From positions 1,920,001-1,984,000 of the forward strand of contig OZ220732.1 in the NCBI GenBank assembly GCA_965116905.1: a stretch of 64,000 nt of DNA, in the 5' to 3' direction. Every line of letters starts with the position of its first letter. The stretch's first letter is position 1. A model generated the notes under the pieces. The model saw only the letters and a list, made by a program, of their open reading frames with translations, had not been told where the DNA came from and did no database searches. This stretch comes from Longimicrobiales bacterium (GTDB lineage: Bacteria > Gemmatimonadota > Gemmatimonadetes > Longimicrobiales > Gaopeijiaceae). Shown in pieces: positions 25,215-36,900 of the stretch. The translations under genes were made by a program, and so were the position numbers.

Positions 25215-25850
25215 ATGGCACGATACACAGGTCCGGTTTGCAAGCGTTGCCGCAGGGAGGGGCAGAAGCTCTTCCTGAAGGGCGCCAAGTGCTACACCGA
25301 AAAATGTCCCGTCGAGCGACGCCAGTATCCGCCGGGCCACCATGGTCCGGCGTCGGTCAGGCGCCGCAAACAGTCCGACTATGCGGTGCAGTTGCGCGAG
25401 AAACAGAAGGTCAAGCGCATCTACGGACTGCACGAGAAGCAGTTCCGCAACCTGTTCGAGTACGCCGCCGGGCGGCCGGGTGTCACGGGCGAAAACCTCA
25501 TCATCGCCCTTGAGAGCCGTCTCGACAACGTGGTCTTCCGGATGGGTCTGGCGGCCAGCCGCCGCCAGGCTCGACAGCTGGTCCGGCACCGCCACGTCGC
25601 CGTGAACGGGTCCACGGTGGACATACCGAGCTATCGGCTCGCCGCCGGCGACGAAGTCGCGCTGCGCTCGAAGTCCCGCGAGCTGGACCTGGTTGCCGCG
25701 AGTCTCGAGGCACGCACCCGGCCACCGCTGCTGGACTGGCTGTCGCTCGATGAGAAGAAGCGGGTCGGCAGAGTCGTGCGGGCACCCACGCGGGGAGACA
25801 TTCCTCTCGCCGCACAGGAACAATTGATCGTCGAACTCTATTCCAAGTGA
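25215..25850 (+). CDS. rpsD: 30S ribosomal protein S4
   Basis: MARYTGPVCKRCRREG, LESRLDNVVFR, LIVELYSK. Confidence 0.99.
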   Translation: MARYTGPVCKRCRREGQKLFLKGAKCYTEKCPVERRQYPPGHHGPASVRRRKQSDYAVQLREKQKVKRIYGLHEKQFRNLFEYAAGRPGVTGENLIIALESRLDNVVFRMGLAASRRQARQLVRHRHVAVNGSTVDIPSYRLAAGDEVALRSKSRELDLVAASLEARTRPPLLDWLSLDEKKRVGRVVRAPTRGDIPLAAQEQLIVELYSK

Positions 25851-25926
25851 CCCTGCGGAGGGCCGCAACGCCGGCGATTCACGGGGATTCAAACGGGCTA
25901 CAAACCAGGCCAGGGGGATACCAACG

Positions 25927-26970
25927 GTGACTTTGGAGCTTGATCTTTCAGGTCTCGTTCTTCCCGAACGCATCGAGATGGCGGAGACGTCGGAGGACGG
26001 CCGTTCCGCGGTCTTCGTCCTCGAACCGCTGGAGCGGGGCTTCGGGCATACGCTGGGCAACTCGGTCCGCCGCGTACTGCTTTCCTCGCTGAAGGGATCT
26101 GCGGTATGGGCTTTCCGGATCGACGGAGTGGTCCACGAGCACCAGACCATCGGTTCGGTGGTGGAGGATGTTCACCAGATCATCCAGAACCTGAAGTCGC
26201 TCGTGGTCAGCCTCGACGACGATGTCGACGAAGCGGTCCTGTCCATCCAGGCGACCCGGGCGGGCCCGATCAGCGCGCGCCAGATCAAGGCCCCGGGTTC
26301 GGTTACGATCCACGACCCCGAGCATCACATCCTTACGCTGCAGGACGACCGGGAACTCAATGTCGAACTCCGCGTGAACAAGGGACGGGGCTTCGTGCTC
26401 GCGGATCAGGGCCCGGTGTCGACGGACTCGCCGGTCGATCTGGTTCGAATCGACGCGATCTACAATCCGGTGTTGCGCGCGAACTTCACCGTTGAAGAGA
26501 CGCGCGTCGGTCAGAGGACCGACTTCGACAAGCTCTCGATCCATGTGGAGACCGACGGGTCGGTCGACCCGGAAAGCGCCATTCGGTACTCGGCGGAACT
26601 GGTACGGAAGCATCTGGAGTACATGCTCTACTTCTCGATCGGCGGACTCCCCGACGACGAACCGAGCGCGCCCGCACCGGTCCCGGAGAAGATGATCGAG
26701 CTGTTCCACACCTCGATCCGGGAAGTGGCCGAGTTGAGCGTCCGGTCGCGGAACGCCTTGAAGAGGGAGTCGATCGACACGCTAGGAGAGCTGATCAGCC
26801 GTACCGAGGAGGAGATGCTGGACATCGACAACTTCGGCAAGAAATCGTTGAAGGAGATGCAGGATATCCTGGCGGTGCACGGGCTGCGGTTCGGGATGAG
26901 AATCGAGGAGGGGGACGACGGGCGGCTCTTCTTCATCCACGAGGGTGCCGCCGAGCCGACGGGGGAATAG
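25927..26970 (+). CDS. rpoA: RNA polymerase alpha subunit
   Basis: EPLERGFGHTLGNSVRRVLLSS, RVGQRTDFDKL, NFGKKSL. Confidence 0.99.
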   Translation: MTLELDLSGLVLPERIEMAETSEDGRSAVFVLEPLERGFGHTLGNSVRRVLLSSLKGSAVWAFRIDGVVHEHQTIGSVVEDVHQIIQNLKSLVVSLDDDVDEAVLSIQATRAGPISARQIKAPGSVTIHDPEHHILTLQDDRELNVELRVNKGRGFVLADQGPVSTDSPVDLVRIDAIYNPVLRANFTVEETRVGQRTDFDKLSIHVETDGSVDPESAIRYSAELVRKHLEYMLYFSIGGLPDDEPSAPAPVPEKMIELFHTSIREVAELSVRSRNALKRESIDTLGELISRTEEEMLDIDNFGKKSLKEMQDILAVHGLRFGMRIEEGDDGRLFFIHEGAAEPTGE

Positions 26971-26973
26971 GTC

Positions 26974-27324
26974 ATGCGTCACAGAAAAAAGGGCAGAAGC
27001 CTCTCGCGTTCGCCGAGTCACCGCAAGGCCTTGCTCAGGAACATGGCGACATCGCTTTTCGAGCACGAGCGGATCACGACGACCACGGCCCGGGCCAAGG
27101 AGCTGCGCCCGTACGCGGAGCGCCTGATTACGCTCGCCAAGCGGGGAGACCTGCACGCGCGCCGGATGGCGGCCCGCCGGATCGCCGACCGCGGCGTGCT
27201 TGGCAAGCTCTTCGACGACATCGCTCCGCGGTACGCCGAGCGCCCGGGAGGCTACACCCGCATTCTGAAGCTGGGAAACCGCAAGGGTGACGCCGCCGAA
27301 ATGGCGCTGATCGAGCTAGTGTGA
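26974..27324 (+). CDS. rplQ: 50S ribosomal protein L17
   Basis: [18 protein letters not shown]. Confidence 0.99.
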   Translation: MRHRKKGRSLSRSPSHRKALLRNMATSLFEHERITTTTARAKELRPYAERLITLAKRGDLHARRMAARRIADRGVLGKLFDDIAPRYAERPGGYTRILKLGNRKGDAAEMALIELV

Positions 27325-27397
27325 TAGAATCGGGCGGCACGGGAAGGTTCCGCGGAACCTCGACAGGCGAACTTGGAACGCGCAAAGGATAGGCCAG

Positions 27398-27958
27398 ATG
27401 GTAACGTTGCTGAAGTCCCGCTCGGGTGCCGTTCGACCGGGGACCCTGCTGATGCTGCTGAGCTTCCTGGTAGTCGGAGGGTTTCTGTACTGGCTCTCCG
27501 TTACGGCCGAGCCGACCGAGGTCGTGGTCGAGGAGCCCGAAGACGACGTGATGGTGAACGAGGTCGGCTTTGCGGACTTTTCCAGCGGACCGGCGGGCTA
27601 CGTGGGGCAGGAACTCACCCTGCGGAGCGTCGCGGTGACCAGCCTGTTGCGGCCCCACGCCTTCTGGACCAACCTGGCGGACCAGCAGCAGACGGCCTAC
27701 CTGCTGCATCTCTCCGACCCGCTCCTGGCCGACTCCGTGTCGGTGGACATGGGGATGATCGTGGACGTCACGGGAACGGTCATGGAGATGTCCGATTCCA
27801 TCCTGGACGCCTGGGAGGCCGCGGGAGCCTTCCCGAACGAGATCGATCGCCTCACGGCCGAGTTCGCGGAGACCTTTATCGAGGTTACCGTCCTCGGCGG
27901 CGACGAGTCGGTTGACGAATCCTCCGAGGCCGGCGAGGCTTCCGAGCCTTCCTCCTGA
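27398..27958 (+). CDS. hypothetical membrane-anchored acidic protein (possible OB-fold)
   Basis: single N-terminal hydrophobic helix, acidic exported domain, coding-like codon usage. Confidence 0.7.
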   Translation: MVTLLKSRSGAVRPGTLLMLLSFLVVGGFLYWLSVTAEPTEVVVEEPEDDVMVNEVGFADFSSGPAGYVGQELTLRSVAVTSLLRPHAFWTNLADQQQTAYLLHLSDPLLADSVSVDMGMIVDVTGTVMEMSDSILDAWEAAGAFPNEIDRLTAEFAETFIEVTVLGGDESVDESSEAGEASEPSS

Positions 27959-29276
27959 GACGGTCTCCGCGCCGGCATCGGGTGACGCCGTGCTCGGGGT
28001 TGTGGGCCTCGGGTATGTTGGCCTGCCGCTGGCCGCAGAGGCCGTCGGGCACGGGATACGTGTCATCGGTTTCGATGTCGATGCCGAGGTCGTCGGCGGC
28101 GTCAACCAGGGCCGGAGCCACATCGCGGACCTGCCCGGATCGGCGGTTGCGAGTGCGCGGGAACGCGGGTTGCTCGAGGCCACCACGGACATGGGGCGCC
28201 TGGCGGGGTGCGACGTGGTGTCGATTTGCGTGCCCACCCCCCTTTCCAAGACCAGGGATCCGGACATCTCGCACGTTCTGGCTGCGGCCGAGGCCGTCGC
28301 CGCAGTCCTCCGGGAGGGACAGCTCATCGTGCTGGAGTCGACAACCTATCCGGGCACGACCCGCGAAGTCGTGTTGCCGATCCTCGGCCGGAGCGGCCTC
28401 GAGGCCGGCGTCGACTTCCATCTGTGCTTCTCGCCCGAGCGCGTGGACCCGGGCAACGAGATCTGGAAGACCGGAAACACGCCGCGCATCATCGGCGGCG
28501 TGACGCCGCAGTGCACCGAGGCCGGCAGGGCATTCTACTCGCGGTTCGTGGACGAGATCGTGACGGTGTCTTCCGCCGAAGCCGCCGAGTTGGCGAAGAT
28601 CCTCGAGAACGCATTTCGAGCGGTCAACATCGGACTGGTCAACGAGATGGCGCTGATCGCCGACAGGCTCGGGCTCGACATTTGGGAGGTGATCGAGGCC
28701 GCGGCCACCAAGCCGTTCGGGTTCATGAAATTCACGCCCGGGCCGGGTCTCGGTGGCCATTGTCTGCCTGTCGATCCGCACTACCTGTCGTGGAAGATGC
28801 GTGCGATGGACTACCGCACCCGGTTCATCGAGATGGCCTCGGAGATCAACGCCGAGATGCCCACGTTCGTCGTGGGCAAGGTCCGGGACGCGCTCAACGG
28901 GGCGCGCAAGCCCGTGAACGGGTCGCGGATCGTGCTGCTCGGCGTGGCGTTCAAGAAGAATGTGGACGACGTGCGTGAATCTCCCGCGATGGACATCCTC
29001 GAACTCCTGGAACGTGACGGGGCGGAGGTGCTGTACCACGATCCGCACGTGCCGGAATGGCCCACCCGGGACGGGCGCGTGCTCCGATCCCGGCCGTTCA
29101 GCGGGGGACTGCTGGAGGGAGCGGACGCGGTCGTGATCGTGACCGATCACGACGGGTTCGATGCTCGGGAGATCTATCGGCGCTCGCCGATTCTCGTGGA
29201 TGCGCGAAACGCGACCGCCTCGGTGCCGGAATCCCGGCAGACTTCCCGCCCACAGCGCTGGATCGTAAAGGGATGA
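27912..29276 (+). CDS. nucleotide-sugar dehydrogenase (WecC/WbpA-like UDP-N-acetylhexosamine 6-dehydrogenase)
   Basis: VGLGYVGLP, ESTTYPGTT, SPERVDPG, GPGLGGHCLPVDP; start uncertain. Confidence 0.92.
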   Translation: MTNPPRPARLPSLPPETVSAPASGDAVLGVVGLGYVGLPLAAEAVGHGIRVIGFDVDAEVVGGVNQGRSHIADLPGSAVASARERGLLEATTDMGRLAGCDVVSICVPTPLSKTRDPDISHVLAAAEAVAAVLREGQLIVLESTTYPGTTREVVLPILGRSGLEAGVDFHLCFSPERVDPGNEIWKTGNTPRIIGGVTPQCTEAGRAFYSRFVDEIVTVSSAEAAELAKILENAFRAVNIGLVNEMALIADRLGLDIWEVIEAAATKPFGFMKFTPGPGLGGHCLPVDPHYLSWKMRAMDYRTRFIEMASEINAEMPTFVVGKVRDALNGARKPVNGSRIVLLGVAFKKNVDDVRESPAMDILELLERDGAEVLYHDPHVPEWPTRDGRVLRSRPFSGGLLEGADAVVIVTDHDGFDAREIYRRSPILVDARNATASVPESRQTSRPQRWIVKG

Positions 29277-30595
29277 GGATCGCGGTGCTGGGAAGCGGCT
29301 ATGTGGGACTCACGACGGGGGCGTGCCTGGCCGAGACGGGCAACGATGTCGTGTGCGCGGACATCGTACAGGAGAAGGTGGACGCCCTCAACAGGGGCGA
29401 AGTCCCCTTCTTCGAACCTGGTCTTGCCGCGCTGGTGGCGGAGAACGTGGCGGCGGGGCGCCTCACCATCACCACCGACAACGCGATGGCCGTGCGAGAA
29501 TCGCATATCATCTTCATTGCCGTGGGGACGCCGCAGGGCGACGACGGGTCCGCGGACCTGCAGTACGTCCTTGCGGCGGCCCGGGACGTCGGCCGCGCGA
29601 TGGACGGGGAGCGGATCGTGGTCACGAAGAGCACGGTGCCCGTGGGAACCACGCGGCTGGTGCGCGAGGCCATCGAGGCCGAGACGGATCATCCGGTGCA
29701 TGTGTGCTGCAACCCGGAGTTCCTGAGGGAGGGCGCCGCGATCAGCGACTTCAAGCGGCCCGACCGCGTGGTGCTGGGCGTCGACGACGTCGGGGCGGAG
29801 GAAGTCCTGCGGGACCTTTACGCGCCTTTCGTACGTACGGGTAGGGAGGTCCTCGTCATGGACACGGCTTCGGCCGAGGTCACGAAGTATGCCGCAAACG
29901 CCATGCTCGCCACCCGCATCAGCTTCATGAACACGATTGCCCGTCTCTGCGAGCGCTCAGGTGCCGATGTGGACATGGTGCGCCTTGGCGTGGGTTCGGA
30001 CACACGGATCGGTCCCACCTACCTCTTTCCCGGCCTGGGATACGGCGGGTCGTGCTTTCCGAAAGATGTTGCGGCACTTGTTCGAACCCTCAACACGATG
30101 GATGTCGATGCGTCGATCCTCGAGGCGGTCGAGCGCGTCAACGAAACGCAGAAGCGCCTTCTCCTCGACATGGTGGTCGAACGCTTCGGCGACGACCTGC
30201 ACGGGCGCGTGTTTGCCGTGTGGGGGCTCGCATTCAAGCCGGAGACCGACGACATGCGCGAGGCACCGAGCCTGGTGACGATCCGCGGCCTTCTGTCGCG
30301 GGGCGCAAGGATCGTCTCTCACGACCCTGCCGCACAGAAGGCGGCGCGCGGCATCCTGGGAGACGGCATCGAGTACCGCGACGGCAACTACGACGCGCTC
30401 AGCGGGGCCGATGCGCTGCTCATCCACACGGAGTGGCACCCCTACCGCCACCCCGACTTCGCCCGGATGCGGGCGGCGCTGGCGAGCCCCGTGATCTTCG
30501 ACGGCCGCAATCTCTATGCCCCGCGAGCCATGAAGGACCTGGGCTTCGAGTATTTCTCCGTTGGACGGCGTCCCGTGGCGCCGGTGGTGAACTGA
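29273..30595 (+). CDS. ugd: UDP-glucose 6-dehydrogenase
   Basis: GSGYVG, KSTVPVG, NPEFLREG, GYGGSCFPKD, FKPETDDMREAP. Confidence 0.93.
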   Translation: MRIAVLGSGYVGLTTGACLAETGNDVVCADIVQEKVDALNRGEVPFFEPGLAALVAENVAAGRLTITTDNAMAVRESHIIFIAVGTPQGDDGSADLQYVLAAARDVGRAMDGERIVVTKSTVPVGTTRLVREAIEAETDHPVHVCCNPEFLREGAAISDFKRPDRVVLGVDDVGAEEVLRDLYAPFVRTGREVLVMDTASAEVTKYAANAMLATRISFMNTIARLCERSGADVDMVRLGVGSDTRIGPTYLFPGLGYGGSCFPKDVAALVRTLNTMDVDASILEAVERVNETQKRLLLDMVVERFGDDLHGRVFAVWGLAFKPETDDMREAPSLVTIRGLLSRGARIVSHDPAAQKAARGILGDGIEYRDGNYDALSGADALLIHTEWHPYRHPDFARMRAALASPVIFDGRNLYAPRAMKDLGFEYFSVGRRPVAPVVN

Positions 30596-30598
30596 GCG

Positions 30599-31573
30599 GT
30601 GCGCGTGCTGATCACCGGAGCGGCGGGCTTCCTCGGCTCGCATCTTGCAGATCGGTTCCTGGCCGAGGGATACGATGTCGTGGGCGTGGACAACTTCGTC
30701 ACCGGTTCGCCCGAAAACCTCGCACACCTCGAGGGGGATCGGCGCTTTCGGCTCATCGAACACGACATCTCGATGCCGCTGGTCGTCGATGGGGAGTTGG
30801 ACGGCGTCCTGCACCTCGCGTCGCCGGCCAGCCCGCCCGACTATCTCGATCTGCCGATCCAGACGCTCGAGGCGGGCGGGTTCGGGGCTCGACACACGCT
30901 GGCCCTGGCGCTGCGGCACCGGGCCCGCTATCTGCTGGCCTCGACCTCGGAGGTGTACGGAGATCCCCAGGTGCACCCCCAGGCGGAGGAGTATTGGGGG
31001 CACGTCAATCCGGTGGGACCGAGGGGCGTGTACGACGAGGCCAAGCGATTCGCGGAGGCGATGACCATGGCCTACCACCGGGCGCACGGGGTGGACACGG
31101 GGATTGCGCGGATCTTCAACACCTACGGCAGGCGCATGCGTCCCGACGACGGACGCGTCGTGTCCAACTTCATCGTGCAGGGCCTGCGCGGGGAGCCGAT
31201 GACCGTGTACGGAGACGGATCCCAGACCCGTTCGTTCTGCTACGTGGACGACTGCGTGGACGGCATCTACAGGCTCTTCCGGTCGACGCGCATCGACCCC
31301 GTCAATATCGGCAACCCGGAGGAGGTCACCGTCCTCGACCTGGCACGCGTGGTGATGCGGGAGACAGGCTCGTCGCAGGCGCCCGTGTTCCTTCCATTGC
31401 CCGCGGACGATCCCGGTGTGAGGTGTCCGGACATCACGGTTGCTCGACGTTGCCTCGACTGGTCGCCGCGCATCGACCTGCGCGAAGGCGTGCGGCGGAC
31501 GGTCCGCTACTTCAGCAATCTGGCCGCTGTCACCGACGTGCGCTCGCGGGTGTTGCGGGAGGCGGTGTCGTGA
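30599..31573 (+). CDS. UDP-glucuronate decarboxylase (UDP-xylose synthase)-like SDR
   Basis: [46 protein letters not shown]. Confidence 0.9.
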   Translation: MRVLITGAAGFLGSHLADRFLAEGYDVVGVDNFVTGSPENLAHLEGDRRFRLIEHDISMPLVVDGELDGVLHLASPASPPDYLDLPIQTLEAGGFGARHTLALALRHRARYLLASTSEVYGDPQVHPQAEEYWGHVNPVGPRGVYDEAKRFAEAMTMAYHRAHGVDTGIARIFNTYGRRMRPDDGRVVSNFIVQGLRGEPMTVYGDGSQTRSFCYVDDCVDGIYRLFRSTRIDPVNIGNPEEVTVLDLARVVMRETGSSQAPVFLPLPADDPGVRCPDITVARRCLDWSPRIDLREGVRRTVRYFSNLAAVTDVRSRVLREAVS

Positions 31574-32496
31574 CCGGTGGCGGGTGGAACCGGCGAGCGG
31601 TTTGCGCCGGCGCGTTTGTTCTCCTGGCCGCGGCGTGTGGGGCGGATCCGGGCGACGCCACCGCGCTCAGGCGGGGCGACCGTGCGTTCGCGCGGGGCGA
31701 GTACGAGGAAGCGCTCGCGGAATACCGGCTTGCGCTGCTCAGGGAGGGTCCGGGAGTGCAGGGCCTCGTGAGGGCCGCGCACGCGTACGTGGCGCTGGGG
31801 CGGGTCGACGAAGCCCGCTCGCTGTACGAGCAGGCCGTTCTGGAAGACGATGCCCAGGCCAATCAGGCGGTGTCCGATTTCGTCGCCCTCGCGCGGCGCG
31901 AGCACGAGGCCGGCGACAGCTACGGAATGGCCTCGGCGATGGAGGCGGCGCTACACTTCCGCCCGGGCATCGTCGTCGAGGGGCTGGCGCTGCCGATGGC
32001 GCGGCACTACAGCAACAGCGGCGAATACGCGCGGGCGCGGCCACTATACCTGAGGGCGCTCGGCCAGAATCGCGACGATGCCGATATCGTGTATGAGACC
32101 GCGCTCGCGCACGAGGAAATCGGGGACTGTGAGCGGGCGCTGGTGTACCTTGACGAGTTTCGGGAGCTGGCTCCGCGGCGGGCGGCGGAGGTCAGCTGGC
32201 ACGTGGGTTCCTGTTCCTTCCAGCTCTCGAGGGAGTTGGCGGAGGAGGGGGCGCTCGACGAGGCGTTGCGGTACCTGGATGCGATGATCGAGCTGGCCGA
32301 GCCCAGACCGCTGTTGGCGCAGGCATACATGGACAAGGGCGAGGTGTTGGTGCAACTCGGCGACTGCCTTTCCGCGCTGGAGGCCTTCCGCGCCGTGGTG
32401 GGCGCGGATCCGTCCGGCTCCGGGCCGCTGGTGGGTCAGGCGAGAGCGCGTGTGGACGAGATCCGCTTCGGCGAGAGAGGGGATGCTCCATGCTGA
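31570..32496 (+). CDS. tetratricopeptide-repeat lipoprotein
   Basis: lipobox-like LAAAC, TPR-like helices ([10 protein letters not shown]...); GTG start overlapping the previous stop. Confidence 0.75.
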   Translation: MTGGGWNRRAVCAGAFVLLAAACGADPGDATALRRGDRAFARGEYEEALAEYRLALLREGPGVQGLVRAAHAYVALGRVDEARSLYEQAVLEDDAQANQAVSDFVALARREHEAGDSYGMASAMEAALHFRPGIVVEGLALPMARHYSNSGEYARARPLYLRALGQNRDDADIVYETALAHEEIGDCERALVYLDEFRELAPRRAAEVSWHVGSCSFQLSRELAEEGALDEALRYLDAMIELAEPRPLLAQAYMDKGEVLVQLGDCLSALEAFRAVVGADPSGSGPLVGQARARVDEIRFGERGDAPC

Positions 32497-33302
32497 CCCG
32501 GTCCGTGGCCGCCGGGGCCCTCGTCGGCCTGCTGGGGACGGCTTGCTCTTCGGCGCCGCCCTTTTCGGGATGGACTCCCGAGCAGCTCTATGAACACGGC
32601 CAGAGGGCCTTTGACCAGGGAGACTGGGATGAGGCGCGGCGGGCGTTCGAGCGTCTGGTCCTGACGTTCCCCGGGTTCGATCAGGCGGTGGAGGCGCGCC
32701 ACTACCTGGCCCTGACCTTCTTTTCCGACGGGGAATACGTGAGTGCGGTGTCGGAGTACACGCGCATCGTGCAGGTATACCCGGATCACGAACGCACCAC
32801 CGAAGCCTATATGGGACTGTGCCGTTCCTACGCGGCCATGTCTCCTCATCCACAGCGCGACCAGCAGTACACGATGCAGGCCCGCACGACGTGCCAGAAC
32901 GTGGCCAACGACTTCCAGGGCACGGCCGTGGGCGACTCGGCCGCGGCGGTTGCCGGAGCAATGCACGCCAAGCTGGGCGACAAGGCCTACCTGGAGGGCT
33001 ACTTTTACTTCCAGCGTGATATCCTCCCGTCGGCGGAGCTTGTTTTTCTTGACCTGCTGGAAGCCTTTCCGGATACCGATGCAGCCCCGCGCGCGGTGGC
33101 ACGTCTCATCGACATCTACGAGACGTGGGGATGGGGCGAACAGCAGGAGGAATTCAGGAACAGGCTGCGCGAAAGCTATCCCGACTCTCCCGAGGCCAGG
33201 GAACTCGACGCGCCCGCCGCCAGCGACACCGTTTCGACGGTCAGGAGCCGGGCCCCTCCCGGTCCGCATCTCCTGACGAGATGGCCGGACGCCCACGGGT
33301 AG
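32490..33302 (+). CDS. bamD: outer membrane protein assembly factor BamD
   Basis: lipobox GTAC, TPR pattern, RDQQYT motif. Confidence 0.8.
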   Translation: MLTRSVAAGALVGLLGTACSSAPPFSGWTPEQLYEHGQRAFDQGDWDEARRAFERLVLTFPGFDQAVEARHYLALTFFSDGEYVSAVSEYTRIVQVYPDHERTTEAYMGLCRSYAAMSPHPQRDQQYTMQARTTCQNVANDFQGTAVGDSAAAVAGAMHAKLGDKAYLEGYFYFQRDILPSAELVFLDLLEAFPDTDAAPRAVARLIDIYETWGWGEQQEEFRNRLRESYPDSPEARELDAPAASDTVSTVRSRAPPGPHLLTRWPDAHG

Positions 33303-33946
33303 GGATCTTCGGCGGTACTTTCGACCCGCCTCACAAGGGCCACATCGTCGTGGCCCGGGAGGTTGCGGATGCCTTGGATCTCGAATGCGTTCTCTGGGTC
33401 CCCGCGTCGATCCCGCCGCACAAGATGGACCGGCGCCTGACGCCGGCGGGCGTGCGGCGGCGAATGGTCGAAGCCGCCATCGGTCATGACTCCCGCTTCC
33501 AGCTTTGCGACCTCGAGCTGGAGCGCGGGGGCCTGTCCTATACGGTGGATACGCTGCGGAGCCTGAAGGCTGCAAACCCGGACTGGTCCCTGGTGCTGAT
33601 CGTGGGTGCGGACCTGGTAGCCGGAATGTCCGCCTGGAAGGAGCCGGAAGCGGTCGCGGAGCTGGCCGAGCTGGTGGTGATGTCCAGGGGCGGGAAGGCA
33701 CCCGGTTCGGCCTGCCGGGGGAGAATCGTTCCGGTATCGCGGATCGATGTCTCCTCTTCAAGGGTCCGGGAGCGCGTCAGGAGACGAAGGGCCGTTAGAG
33801 ACATGGTGGGGGCCCACATCATGTCCATTATTGAGAGCGAAGGACTGTACAGACAGCTCGAACGCCCGAGAGTGGGGGCGGACGGGCACGGAATCCAGGA
33901 GGGCCGGGAGTCTTCCGTCGAGGGCGACCCCGGACAAACGGAATGA
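33281..33946 (+). CDS. nadD: nicotinate-nucleotide adenylyltransferase
   Basis: GIFGGTFDPPHKGH, SYTVDTL, IVGAD, DVSSSRVR. Confidence 0.95.
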   Translation: MAGRPRVGIFGGTFDPPHKGHIVVAREVADALDLECVLWVPASIPPHKMDRRLTPAGVRRRMVEAAIGHDSRFQLCDLELERGGLSYTVDTLRSLKAANPDWSLVLIVGADLVAGMSAWKEPEAVAELAELVVMSRGGKAPGSACRGRIVPVSRIDVSSSRVRERVRRRRAVRDMVGAHIMSIIESEGLYRQLERPRVGADGHGIQEGRESSVEGDPGQTE

Positions 33947-36900
33947 TCAAAGGCGTAGTCAAGAAGATCGTCGGCTCCCGGCACGGTCGCGAGGTCAGAC
34001 GACTGAGCCCGCTGGTCGATGAGATCAATGGGCACTACGAAGGGCTGGCGGACCTGTCCAGGGACGACCTGACAGCCAGGACCGAGGAGTTCAAGGCGCG
34101 GATTGCCGAGCATACCGCCGGGACGCAGGGCGAGATGGACTCCGCGCGGGAGCGCAAGCGCACGTCGACGGACCCCGACGAGCGCGAGACGCTGGGCCTC
34201 AGGATCGGCAAGCTGGAGGAGGAGTATCAGGCGCAGCTGGCAGAGGTGCTGGAGGAGATTCTGCCGGAGGCGTTTGCCGTCGTGAAGGAGGCCTGCCGCC
34301 GTCTCATGGGGACCGAAGTGCGGGTGACGGGACAGAAGCTCGTCTGGGACATGATCCCGTACGACGTGCAGTTGATCGGGGCCGCGCAGCTTCACAGGGG
34401 CCGCGCGTGCGAGATGGCGACGGGCGAGGGCAAGACGCTCGTCGCGACGATGCCGCTGTACCTGAACGCGCTTGCGGGCCGGGGCGCTCACCTGGTCACG
34501 GTCAACTCGTATCTCGCTCAGCGAGACGCCGAGTGGATGGGGGCGATCTACACGTTCCTCGGGCTGACCGTGGACTGCATCGATCTGCACGAGCCGGGGA
34601 CGCCGGAACGCCGGGCCGCGTACAACGCCGATATCACCTACGGCACCAACAACGAGTTTGGCTTCGACTATCTGCGCGACAATATGGTGCATTCGCTCGA
34701 ACAGCGGGTCCAGCGGGCGCATCACTTCGCGATCATCGACGAGGTGGACTCGATTCTGATCGACGAGGCGAGGACGCCGCTGATCATCTCGGGTCCGGTG
34801 AGCCGCGACACTTCGACGCCCTTCAAGCAGATGGCGCCGACGGTGGGGGCGCTGCATCGGAAGCAGAACCGCAAGGTGAACCGCTTGGTCGCCGATGCGA
34901 TGCGGATGCTGCAGGCGGAAGAGGACGAGTACGTAGCGGGCGAAAAGCTGCTGGCGGCGAAACGCGGCGGGCCGAAGAACAAGCGCCTCATGAAGCTGTT
35001 CGCGGACCAGCCGTCCGTCGTAAAGCTCGTGGAGAAGGTCGAGGGCGACTACATGCGGGAGAAGCGCCTTCACGAGGTGGACGAAATGCTGCTTTTCGCC
35101 ATGGACGAGAAGGGCCACAACGTGCACCTGTCCGACCACGGCCTGGACACGCTTTCTCCGGGGGATCCGGACGCCTTCGTGGTGCCCGACCTCTCCGAGG
35201 TCATCGGCGACATCCAGGACGACGAAGCCCTCACGGTGGATGCCAAACGGGAGAGGATCGCAGAACTGGAGACCGAGTACGCCGACAAGTCACAGCGAAT
35301 CCACGTCATCCATCAGCTGCTCAAGGCGTATACGCTCTTCCACAAGGACGAACGCTACATCATCGGCGACAACGGTGCGATCGTGATTGTCGACGAATTC
35401 ACGGGCCGCCAGATGCCCGGGCGACGCTGGAGCGACGGGCTCCACCAGGCGGTGGAAGCGAAGGAGGGCGTGGAGATCCGGGGGGAGACGCAGACGCTCG
35501 CCACGATCACCATCCAGAACTACTTCCGCATGTACGAAAAGCTCGCCGGGATGACGGGCACCGCGGAGACCGAGGAGACCGAGTTCCACCAGATCTACAA
35601 CCTCGACGTCTCCGTCATTCCGACGAACAGGCCCGTGGCGCGGGATGACCGCGAGGACCTGATGTTCCGCACCAAGCGCGAGAAGTACACGGCCATCATG
35701 GACGAGATCGAGCGCTTGAACCGCCTCGAGCTTCCGGTCCTGGTGGGGACGACGAACGTCGAGGTGTCGGAGACGCTGTCGCGCATGTTGCGCCGGCGGC
35801 GGATCACGCACAACGTCCTCAACGCAAAGCAGCACAAGCGGGAATCGGAGATCGTGGCCGAGGCCGGGCAGCCTGGGGCGGTAACGATCGCGACCAACAT
35901 GGCGGGGCGAGGCACGGACATCAAGCTGGGAGCCGGCGTGACCGATCCACGGACCGTCGGCTGGGCCAGGGAGCACGGACTCGACCTGGATTCGGTCGTG
36001 TCGACCGACCCGACGCGCTACGAGGAGCTTGACGATGCCGCGCCGGCCGATCACGTGATTGAAGAGGGTGGGCTCCATATTCTCGGCTCGGAGCGCCACG
36101 AGGCGCGCCGGATCGACCGTCAGCTGCGCGGCCGGGCCGGGCGTCAGGGGGATCCGGGCGCTTCACAGTTCTTCCTGTCCCTGGAAGACGACCTGATGCG
36201 TCTGTTCGGCGGGATGGAGCGGATCGCGGCGGCCATGGACAGGATGGGCGCGGAAGAGGGGGAGGTGATCACCCACCGCCTGGTCACGCGTTCCATCGGC
36301 AGGGCGCAGAAGCGCGTCGAGGGCAACAACTTCGAGGCGCGCAAGCGGTTGCTGGACTACGACGACGTCATGAACCAGCAGCGCGAGGTCATCTACGACC
36401 TCAGGCTCTTTGCGCTCGATGGCGGCGAAGACCTGAAGGCCGAGCTGTGGGACATGGTGCACCACACCATGGAAGCGGTGTTCGACGACCACCTGCCCGA
36501 TTCTGAACTCGAACAGGGTATCGAAGTCGGTGGCCTGCGGCAGAGGATGCTCCTCGATCTCCACACGGTGCTCCCGCAGGTGGACAATGAGGACGACCCC
36601 GAGGAGGTCGACCGCGAAGAGGTGATCGCGCTGGCGGAGTCGTCGGTCCGGGAGGCCTTCGACCGGAAGATCGAGTCGTTCGGTGAACACGGCGAGCGCG
36701 TCATGAGTTTCGTCATGCTGTCCACCATCGACGGCAAATGGAAGGACCACCTGTACGATCTCGATCACCTGAAGGCGTCGATCGGCTTCCGCGGCTGGGG
36801 TCAGAAGGATCCCCTCGTCGAGTACAAGAAGGAAGCCTACGAGATGTTCGTGGGGCTCATGGACGACATCCGCCGCACGGTCACCCAGCAGTTCTTCCGC

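Noticed and set aside
30052..31569. N-terminal part of the 814-aa ORF upstream of the TPR protein
   Set aside because: Off-frame read-through over ugd and the decarboxylase gene; the real gene starts near 31570.
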